Positions 56,835 through 64,000 of a stretch of 64,000 nt of DNA are shown here, in pieces; within the stretch, counting starts at the first letter, position 1, and every line of letters starts with the position of its first letter. Made by a program: the position numbers and the translations under genes. A model generated the notes under the pieces. It worked only from the letters and a program-made list of their open reading frames with translations, was not told where the DNA came from and did no database searches. Location: positions 1-64,000 of the IMG/VR virus record IMGVR_UViG_3300030085_002431. The stretch is one strand, 5' to 3'.

Positions 56835-58499
56835 ATGGATAACGAAAAATTCTATCAATTGACATATAATACTAGTGGAACTGCTTCTGCAGTTTTAACT
56901 AAAAATGATACTGTAGACAAGGTTTATATTGAAGAGAGATTTACAAACATGAAGGATAATATTCCTTTAATTTGTCTCAAAGATATTGCTCATGGAAAAT
57001 GCATTTCTCATATGGGAATAACATCAAACGATGATTATTCTGGAAACGAGTGGGCAGTACTAACTAAATTCTTCTCAATTTATAGTGGAAGTACTAGTAA
57101 AGAAAACAGCCAAATTGTAACTCATCAGGAATCTCATTATCTACAATCTCTATCTGCATCACTAAATTCTGGTTTTACAGAACCCCATGTTTTTTGCTTT
57201 ACTAAACCAGGAGCACAGTCTGAGTATGGTAAACCCCATGAAAGTATCTTTTTGATGAATCCAAAAAGAGGAGTTTGTCAACTTGCATTTCGACAAGTTT
57301 TAGGTCCAAATGTTCGAGTTAAGAGAGAAGAAGGCGTTCCAGAAGCATATTACAACAGAAAAACATTTTCTATTTGCAATGCATTTGAATCTATTAAAGA
57401 ATTTACAAATTGTTCAACACTTAAGGAGATGTATGCTGTTGGGCAGTTAGGAACTGATGATAAGATGATTCCTAGCATTCTATCCAAGTGTGGTGCTCAG
57501 ACTTCTCAATTTAAATTAGATGGGAAAAAGCAAATATTCAATGAATATGAATATATTAAGGAAGTAAGTGATGGTAAAAAGAAAAGAGATATTTCTTTAA
57601 ATCTAGTATATCGAATTCAAAAGGATTATGAACGTTATTTGATTGATGCTGTTAATGAATATTTCAGCAGCCAGACTAGAGATGTAGCATCAACGTCAAG
57701 GGAATTAATCATTACTGGAACACTTAACGATAATGTAAGAGCAAATTACTTATTGCTAAAATCTTTAGATGATGATTTTACTCTATATGTTGATCCGATT
57801 TCTAATGAAGTTAGTAATAGTATGGGACTCGCATATGAACTTATAGGTTCTTGTGAGATGGCACCTAAAGGAGTTGATAATTTTTATCTTGGTAGAGAAC
57901 TAGATCCAACTGATTACAATCTACTTGAGCAAGAAGATGAAAAAACTGTAACACCAAAAGAAGTTGCTGAGTTAATTGCAGACGGAAATGTTGTTGCTAT
58001 TGCTCAGGGACGTTCTGAAATAACAGACCATGCTCTTGGAAATCGTTCTATTGTTGCAGACCCAAGAACTATTGAATCTAAACAAATCTTAAGTAGGTCT
58101 AAGTATCAACCAGATCATATTCCATGTATTACATCCGTCCTGGAAGAAAGTGCTAGTGATTGGTTTGACATGGATAAATTGAAGAGTAGTCCAGAAGCAA
58201 TGTATGCAGTTGATGCTCTGGATGTTACTAAAGAACAAGCACAGGGTGCAGTCTATACCGATGGATCAACTAGAGTACAAACTGTTAATGAAGGATATAA
58301 TCAGAATTACTACAATTTAATTAAAGAATTTGGTGATTTGACTGGTGTTCCAATGCTTCTTAATACGTCTCTTAATATGCATACATATCCAATGTGTGAT
58401 AATATGGAAAATATTATGTCATTTATGAGATGCTCTGGAGTAAACTATTTGTATCTTCCAGAAACTGGAAAACTATTGTTTGTGCCTACTGATTCTTAA
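56835..58499 (+). CDS. carbamoyltransferase paralogue 2, full length but with degenerate catalytic motifs
   Basis: Retains QGRSE...ALGNRSI, DGSTRVQTV and LNTSLN but has lost most signature residues (see findings). Confidence 0.82.
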   Translation: MDNEKFYQLTYNTSGTASAVLTKNDTVDKVYIEERFTNMKDNIPLICLKDIAHGKCISHMGITSNDDYSGNEWAVLTKFFSIYSGSTSKENSQIVTHQESHYLQSLSASLNSGFTEPHVFCFTKPGAQSEYGKPHESIFLMNPKRGVCQLAFRQVLGPNVRVKREEGVPEAYYNRKTFSICNAFESIKEFTNCSTLKEMYAVGQLGTDDKMIPSILSKCGAQTSQFKLDGKKQIFNEYEYIKEVSDGKKKRDISLNLVYRIQKDYERYLIDAVNEYFSSQTRDVASTSRELIITGTLNDNVRANYLLLKSLDDDFTLYVDPISNEVSNSMGLAYELIGSCEMAPKGVDNFYLGRELDPTDYNLLEQEDEKTVTPKEVAELIADGNVVAIAQGRSEITDHALGNRSIVADPRTIESKQILSRSKYQPDHIPCITSVLEESASDWFDMDKLKSSPEAMYAVDALDVTKEQAQGAVYTDGSTRVQTVNEGYNQNYYNLIKEFGDLTGVPMLLNTSLNMHTYPMCDNMENIMSFMRCSGVNYLYLPETGKLLFVPTDS

Positions 58500-58501
58500 T
58501 A

Positions 58502-60124
58502 ATGTATATCTTATCCATACATGAATCTCATGATGCAAGTATGGCTCTTATTAAAGATGGGGAGGTTTTAATTAACCTCTCCCATGAAAGATTAAGTCAT
58601 ATAAAGCATGATAGGAGAATTAATTTATTTGCTTCAAAAATAAAACAGTATACAAATTATGTTGATAAGGTTGTTGTAAGTTGTCTTCATAATTCTATAA
58701 AAGAAGTTGATTTTCCACTTTATGCAAACTATTGTGGAATTGATTTTGGTGAGATAGTTGACTATTCTCCGTTTCATCACATATCACATTCATATTTGGC
58801 ATTCAAACATTCAAATTTTGAGAATGCTATTAGTGTTGTTCTTGATGGTGCAGGTTCTGAAAAACCAGAAGTACAGTATCATGGTGTTGCACTCAAAGAA
58901 TGCGAGTCCGCCTATCAAATAAATCCACATATGACTGCTTGCATTTATAAATCATATGTTGGTCAAAGATCTGAAAATTTTGAATTTCCATATGAAGTTG
59001 GTGGAATTGACAGAAGAATTGGTATTGGAATGGCATATAGTGGAATCACAGAGGCTCTTGGATATGGAGAAAATGAAGATGGTAAGACTATGGGATTATC
59101 TGCATATGCATCAGAAGAGCAAATAAATTCTATTCCAAAATTGGTAGAGTTAAGTCATGGTGCTGATGGAAATAAATTTAAGTTATTTCGTGGTGGTGTT
59201 TTAGGATATTGTTCAGCACTTATTGATATACCAAAAGAATTACATGTTGAATATGCTGGAAGAATTCAAAGGGACTTTGAGGAGTATGTTATTCAGTTAG
59301 TTCATGGTATTGTTCAAAAAACAGGGTGTAGGAATATTGTTTTATCTGGTGGTTGTTTCCTTAATTGTGTAGCAAATTTTAAACTAAGAAAATCACTACC
59401 CCCCGAATTTAATATATTTGTCGAACCAATGTCTGGTGATGATGGTATTGCACTAGCTAATGCTTTCATGGTTGATGATATGATCAACCCAAAGAATAGA
59501 AAACTGAATACATTATATCTTGGTAGTCAGTTGGAATATGAGTATACTTTAAGTGATGGAGAGTCTGAAGTAGTAACTACACCAAAAGAAGTAGCACAAT
59601 TAATTTCTGAAGGAAATTGTATTGCTATTGCTCAGGGACGTTCTGAGAGTGGTCCTAGAGCATTGGGTAATCGATCTATATTGTTTGACCCAAGAGATAA
59701 AGATGGTAAGGATAAGGTAAATAAAATTAAAAAGAGAGAATACTTCAGACCCTTTGCTGCTACAGTTCTTCATGAGAATAGTCAACAGTGGTTTGACATG
59801 GATAGTCTTGATGAAAGTCCATACATGACTTATGCTGTAGATGTACTACCAGACAAATCTAAGACAATACCTGCTGTAACACATGTCAATAATACATGTA
59901 GAATACAAACTCTTAAACAGGAACAAAATAAAAACTATTACGAATTAATAAATGAGTTTTATAAGTTGACAGATGTTCCTATGGTATTAAACACTTCATT
60001 CAATCTTGCTGGTGATACTATGGTTGAAACAATAGAGGATGCTTTAAAAACACTAAGACTTAGTGAATTGGAGTATCTTTACTTACCAGAAACTAAAAAA
60101 CTTATTCATGTCCCCAACAAATGA
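58502..60124 (+). CDS. NodU/CmcH/TobZ-family carbamoyltransferase 3 (motifs intact)
   Basis: HESHDAS, HHISH, LDGAG, DGKTMGL, SGGCFLNCVAN, DDG, QGRSESGPRALGNRSIL, KKREYFRPFA, NTSFN. Confidence 0.92.
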   Translation: MYILSIHESHDASMALIKDGEVLINLSHERLSHIKHDRRINLFASKIKQYTNYVDKVVVSCLHNSIKEVDFPLYANYCGIDFGEIVDYSPFHHISHSYLAFKHSNFENAISVVLDGAGSEKPEVQYHGVALKECESAYQINPHMTACIYKSYVGQRSENFEFPYEVGGIDRRIGIGMAYSGITEALGYGENEDGKTMGLSAYASEEQINSIPKLVELSHGADGNKFKLFRGGVLGYCSALIDIPKELHVEYAGRIQRDFEEYVIQLVHGIVQKTGCRNIVLSGGCFLNCVANFKLRKSLPPEFNIFVEPMSGDDGIALANAFMVDDMINPKNRKLNTLYLGSQLEYEYTLSDGESEVVTTPKEVAQLISEGNCIAIAQGRSESGPRALGNRSILFDPRDKDGKDKVNKIKKREYFRPFAATVLHENSQQWFDMDSLDESPYMTYAVDVLPDKSKTIPAVTHVNNTCRIQTLKQEQNKNYYELINEFYKLTDVPMVLNTSFNLAGDTMVETIEDALKTLRLSELEYLYLPETKKLIHVPNK

Positions 60125-60519
60125 AAATATCTTTTGTCAATGGTTGTTTTGATGTATTACATCCAGGACACGTTGAACTTTTAAATTATGCTAGTTCTTT
60201 TGGTGATTACTTAATTGTTGCTATTGACTCAGATAGAAAAGTGGCAGAGATGAAAGGTCCAGACAGACCGATATTCTCTCAATCTGATAGGGCATATATG
60301 CTAAAAGAAATAAGATGTGTTGATGTAGTACATATTTTTGATACTAGACAAGAACTAGAGTCTTTGCTAGATTCATTGAGACCTGATACAATGGTCGTAG
60401 GTTCAGACTGGAAAGGAAAAGAAGTAGTAGGTTCACAGTATGCCAAATCAGTCAAATTCTTCGACAGAATCGGAGACTACTCAACAACAAAAACAATTCA
60501 AGGTTCTTCTTATCGGTGA
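60121..60519 (+). CDS. HldE/RfaE-type heptose-1-phosphate nucleotidyltransferase (stand-alone domain)
   Basis: NGCFDVLHPGH (HxGH), LIVAIDSD..V...KG..RP, VVGSDW, YSTT. Confidence 0.9.
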   Translation: MKISFVNGCFDVLHPGHVELLNYASSFGDYLIVAIDSDRKVAEMKGPDRPIFSQSDRAYMLKEIRCVDVVHIFDTRQELESLLDSLRPDTMVVGSDWKGKEVVGSQYAKSVKFFDRIGDYSTTKTIQGSSYR

Positions 60520-61237
60520 TAGTTGCGAAGACGAGTACATTTATGGTACTTGTAAACGTATAAGTCCAGAAGCACCAGTTCCTATTATGGACTATTCCAG
60601 ACTGGAAACAAAATCTGGAATGGCAGGTAACGTATGTTTGAACTTACAGTCATTTGAAATGGACATAACGTTCTTAACTAACTCTGAGAAATTGGTTAAG
60701 ACACGATTTATTGATGAAAAGTCAAATCAGCAAATTCTTAGAGTTGATAATGAAGAGACTGTAAAACCGTTATTACTTCCAATTAGCACCGAAGGTTTTG
60801 ATGCAGTTGTAATTTCAGATTATAACAAAGGATATCTAAGTTATTCTAAAATTGAAGAAATAGTTTCTGGTTCCACATGCCCAGTGTTTATTGACAGTAA
60901 AAAAAGATTTTTACCTAACAAAGAAAATTGTTTTGTAAAAATAAATGACTTAGAGTATAGTCAATTGGATGAAAAGTGTCATATTGATAACTTAATTGTC
61001 ACTAAGGGTGCTGAGGGATGTTATTATAGAAATACTTTGTATCCAGCACAGAAAGTAAATGTTTATGATGTTGTCGGTGCAGGAGATACCTTTTTGGCAG
61101 CACTAGTTTTTAGTTATCTTGCTAGAGGTGATATGAGTGAATCAATTCGTTTTGCAAATAAAGCAGCAGCAGTTGTTGTTGGTCAACCAGGTACATATGT
61201 TTTACAGGAGGAAGATATAAATGAGATATGTAGTTGA
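60440..61237 (+). CDS. HldE/RfaE-type PfkB sugar kinase (heptose-7-phosphate kinase-like, stand-alone)
   Basis: LIGDSCEDEYIYG...RISPEAPVP, GMAGNV, ISDYNKG, VYDVVGAGDTFLAAL. Start codon uncertain. Confidence 0.88.
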   Translation: MPNQSNSSTESETTQQQKQFKVLLIGDSCEDEYIYGTCKRISPEAPVPIMDYSRLETKSGMAGNVCLNLQSFEMDITFLTNSEKLVKTRFIDEKSNQQILRVDNEETVKPLLLPISTEGFDAVVISDYNKGYLSYSKIEEIVSGSTCPVFIDSKKRFLPNKENCFVKINDLEYSQLDEKCHIDNLIVTKGAEGCYYRNTLYPAQKVNVYDVVGAGDTFLAALVFSYLARGDMSESIRFANKAAAVVVGQPGTYVLQEEDINEICS

Positions 61238-61550
61238 TATTGATGCAACCATTTGTACCCCAGGTACATGTGAAGCATGTAGATATGAAGGTTCCACACC
61301 AATTCAAGATAGGATTGATAAAATAAATAAGTTGTATGATGATGGGCATATCATCAAATACTTTACTGCCCGAGGCATGGGAAGGTATAATGATGATGCG
61401 GAAAAGGCACGGGAAAAATTTTACGGACTAACCAAAATGCAATTAGATATTTGGGGATGTAAGTATCATGAACTTATTCTCGGAAAACCATCAGCAGACT
61501 ATTACATAGATGACAAAGCTGTAAATTCAGATGACTTCTTCAAGACCTAG
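61221..61550 (+). CDS. minimal capless HAD-superfamily phosphatase
   Basis: VDIDATIC (motif I DxDxT), FTARG (II), GKPSADYYIDDK (III/IV). Confidence 0.82.
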   Translation: MRYVVDIDATICTPGTCEACRYEGSTPIQDRIDKINKLYDDGHIIKYFTARGMGRYNDDAEKAREKFYGLTKMQLDIWGCKYHELILGKPSADYYIDDKAVNSDDFFKT

Positions 61551-61911
61551 AGCAGGACAGGACATCAAATTCGTACCTAAGGGGTGGGGATTTGAAAAAT
61601 GGATTGTAAACTGTGAGCAATACTGCGGAAAACTTTTGTATATTGCTAAGGGAAAAAAGTGTTCATGGCACTACCACAATAAAAAAGATGAAGTTTTTTA
61701 TGTTCAAAGTGGTAAGATTAAAATTAAGTATGGTTGGTCAGACAATCAAGAATTAGGTTCCATAGCAATTTTGGAACGTGGTGATAAGTTTCACGTTCCA
61801 ATTGGTATGAGACATCAGATGTATGGTATGGAAGACACCGAACTGTTTGAGTTCAGTACAGAGCACTTTGACTCTGATAGTATTCGTGTCATCCCAGGAG
61901 ATACTCTTTGA
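61531..61911 (+). CDS. cupin-fold protein, sugar-isomerase-like
   Basis: VPKGWGFEKWI, CSWHYHNKKDEVFYV, FHVPIGMRHQM, EFSTEHFDSDSIR. Confidence 0.82.
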   Translation: MTSSRPRAGQDIKFVPKGWGFEKWIVNCEQYCGKLLYIAKGKKCSWHYHNKKDEVFYVQSGKIKIKYGWSDNQELGSIAILERGDKFHVPIGMRHQMYGMEDTELFEFSTEHFDSDSIRVIPGDTL

Positions 61912-62680
61912 CAGTTTTAAACTTACGGTTGCCCCATTCTTTTTGGGCACAAGTATAAATTTGATATTTACCTTTTAAATGGTCGGGGAATGGAATGTAT
62001 TCTATATCTCCACCATATTTTTTTATGCAGCATTCCGCTACGTGCTGGAAACTTACTGGGGCACTAGTTCCAAGGTCATAGATTCCTGAACCTTTTTTAT
62101 TATCCAGGACAACTTTAACAATGTCATCAACACAAATAAAGTCCCTTAGGAAGTCTTGAGAACCTTCAAATAATTTTAGTTTTCCAGTCTCTTCTATTTC
62201 TTTAGCAAATTTACTTACTGGACTTGCTTGGTTTCCTTTATCATTCTCACCATCACCATAGACATTGAAGTAACGGAATCCTTGAATTAATGGAAATCTA
62301 TCCATATTATCTTGAACCCAATAATCTGTTGTTACTTTGGATAATGCGTAGTAATTGAGTGGGTTGATAATTCCTTGTTCATTACCATAAACAGAAGCAG
62401 ATGAAGCATACTTAACTGGAATTTCATGTTTTGCTGCTTGCTCAAACAACCACTCACTAAATTCAATATTGAATGTAAATATTTGCTTTAAGTTTGTATT
62501 TGTAGTAGAGGACATGGCACCTTGGTGGATAATGCATTCTACTTCTTTCCACCTATAGAAATTTTTTCTCCAATGCCAACTATTGTTCTTCTCTACTTCT
62601 ATTACTTCTTTACCTTTTTTCTTTAGGGCGGCAAGAAATTTCTTTCCAATGAATCCCTTAGAACCAGTTAATATAATCAT
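61889..62680 (-). CDS. hldD: ADP-L-glycero-D-manno-heptose 6-epimerase-like extended SDR
   Basis: MIILTGSKGFIG (GxxGxxG), IIHQGAMSSTT, YASSASVYG, YALSK (YxxxK), GFRYFNVYG, RDFICVDD, YQIYTCA. Confidence 0.85.
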   Translation of the reverse strand: MIILTGSKGFIGKKFLAALKKKGKEVIEVEKNNSWHWRKNFYRWKEVECIIHQGAMSSTTNTNLKQIFTFNIEFSEWLFEQAAKHEIPVKYASSASVYGNEQGIINPLNYYALSKVTTDYWVQDNMDRFPLIQGFRYFNVYGDGENDKGNQASPVSKFAKEIEETGKLKLFEGSQDFLRDFICVDDIVKVVLDNKKGSGIYDLGTSAPVSFQHVAECCIKKYGGDIEYIPFPDHLKGKYQIYTCAQKEWGNRKFKTVKEYLLG

Positions 62681-62687
62681 ATAAATA
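62680..62687 (+). promoter_or_regulatory. T4 late promoter, perfect consensus TATAAATA
   Basis: 29 nt upstream of ATG 62717; its first base overlaps the start codon of the minus-strand epimerase. Confidence 0.8.
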
Positions 62688-62716
62688 CTAAAAATAGCTG
62701 TATATTGGGGTATAAA

Positions 62717-64000
62717 ATGGCCTTTGGCTTACTACAATCAATTATACCAGAAGTTGATAAGAACACAACCTTATATGGTGCTCCAAGTCAGACATTGGCG
62801 CAAGGAAAGATTTCAATTTCTAGTAAAAATTATAATCCAGTACGAGTACGTGTTTGCTTATCAACCACATCTGCGTATGATGATGTTGAGTATTTAGAAT
62901 ATGATAGGTATATCAATTATGGTGAAACCTATGAGACTGGAATTATTAGTGTTGGAAACGGCCAACGAATTGTAGTACGAGCTGACCATACAAAAGTAAA
63001 TTTTGTATTTACTGGAGAAGAATTTAATGAAGGTTCTGGAATACTCAATGGAAATTATTCTGGATTATTGGGTAATGTAATATCTACTAATTCTGATGAT
63101 AAGTTACTATACTCTGTTCCTACTGGATTAAAGGCCAATACAGCAACATTAAACATCGTTAATTTAAAATCATTCCCAGCAAAAGCAAGGATTGGTTTAT
63201 TAAAATCCGTAGATGCAATTACAGATTTTAGTTCTGAGGATTATATTGAATATGATGTAGAAATTGGACCAAATGATACTTATGTAAGGTCTGACTTAAA
63301 ATTAGATGAATCACAAAAAATTGTTGTATCATCATCTAATGATTCTAGGCTACAGTTTTTAGTTCATGGAAGACTTAGATCTACTCTTTCAGGAGGACAA
63401 GATGACTTTGATGTAGATGGAAGATTATATGTTGCTGGTCCTGCAGGTATTGGAACTGTCCCAAGAGCAAAACTGGATGTAATTGGTGGTGCTCTTATTT
63501 CTGGTCAGGCAAAAGTTGGTCTAGGAATGACCATCGGTAATGAACTATTTGTTGGTCAAAACTTATCAGTTGGTGGGACAATTACTGGAACATTTGACCC
63601 AACAGATATAAGCAATGCAATTTTCACACAAGGTTCATTACCTGCTGTTGATGGTTCTGCACTGACTGGAGTTACCGCACAGGGTACTGGTGTTGTAATT
63701 CAAGATGACACAGTGCCTCAAGGTACTGCCACTACTTTAAACTTTAATGGTGGTATTGCAGCAGTAACTAATGGTAGTACTGCTACTGTTAGTTTGGCAA
63801 ATCAAGTTAATGTTCTTCAAACATTGACTGTTAATAGTAATAAATTTATTGTGGAAGGTGCAACTGGAAATACTACAGTTGCTGGAAATGTCAATGTTCA
63901 ATCAAATCTCACAGTTTCTGGTCATATTGATGTACTAAATAGTCATATCGTGAATGTTGGGTATCCAACATCAGATCATCATGCGGTGTCAAGGTCATAT
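62717..64000 (+). CDS. fibre-like virion protein, 5' part (runs off the window)
   Basis: Open from ATG 62717 to the window end (428 codons, MAFGLLQSIIPEVDKNTTLYGAP...); two EYIEYD-type domains, then GSLPAVDGSALTG and GVVIQDD..PQGTATTLNF fibre motifs. Absent from the ORF track because there is no stop. Confidence 0.82.
   Translation, partial: MAFGLLQSIIPEVDKNTTLYGAPSQTLAQGKISISSKNYNPVRVRVCLSTTSAYDDVEYLEYDRYINYGETYETGIISVGNGQRIVVRADHTKVNFVFTGEEFNEGSGILNGNYSGLLGNVISTNSDDKLLYSVPTGLKANTATLNIVNLKSFPAKARIGLLKSVDAITDFSSEDYIEYDVEIGPNDTYVRSDLKLDESQKIVVSSSNDSRLQFLVHGRLRSTLSGGQDDFDVDGRLYVAGPAGIGTVPRAKLDVIGGALISGQAKVGLGMTIGNELFVGQNLSVGGTITGTFDPTDISNAIFTQGSLPAVDGSALTGVTAQGTGVVIQDDTVPQGTATTLNFNGGIAAVTNGSTATVSLANQVNVLQTLTVNSNKFIVEGATGNTTVAGNVNVQSNLTVSGHIDVLNSHIVNVGYPTSDHHAVSRSY

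Noticed and set aside
61909-61940. TTGACA at 61909 as a second sigma70 promoter
   Set aside because: No -10 hexamer at a suitable spacing, and it would read antisense into the epimerase.
62681-62716. wcaG-type cyanophage RNA motif upstream of the epimerase
   Set aside because: Only 36 AT-rich nt are available upstream and no stems are evident.
61880-62720. Site-specific inversion of the epimerase gene
   Set aside because: No flanking inverted repeats found, and its 3' end is interlocked with the cupin stop codon.

Overview
AT-rich segment of a large T4-like myovirus genome. Gene order and protein families most resemble marine cyanomyoviruses; the host is inferred, not shown by the sequence. 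Nearly all genes are on the + strand, driven by T4 late-promoter octamers (NATAAATA/NCTAAATA). 1-46 kb is the baseplate and fibre region: gp25, gp6, a 2594-aa gp7-like wedge protein, gp8, a VrlC/DUF4815-like protein, mosaic fibre proteins, two subtilisin-family proteases and a 1965-aa repeat protein. 46-54 kb is a distal fibre/adhesin module with two very Cys-rich paralogues. 54-62.7 kb is a late-promoter-driven sugar-modification cluster: a GT9-like glycosyltransferase, three tandem NodU/CmcH-type carbamoyltransferases, split HldE-type nucleotidyltransferase and kinase, a HAD phosphatase, a cupin and an inverted HldD-type epimerase. A further fibre-like gene runs off the right edge. Strongest leads: (1) the late-expressed heptose plus carbamoyl cluster beside the adhesins, with a degenerate middle carbamoyltransferase; (2) a circularly permuted alpha/beta-hydrolase inserted in a subtilase; (3) two structured late-mRNA leaders (H-type pseudoknot at 177-224, three-way junction at 40012-40124); (4) amicyanin-spaced copper-ligand motifs on fibre proteins. 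I found no tRNA, rRNA, CRISPR array, integrase, transposase, intron or intein by eye. All family calls come from motif recognition; no database search was run.
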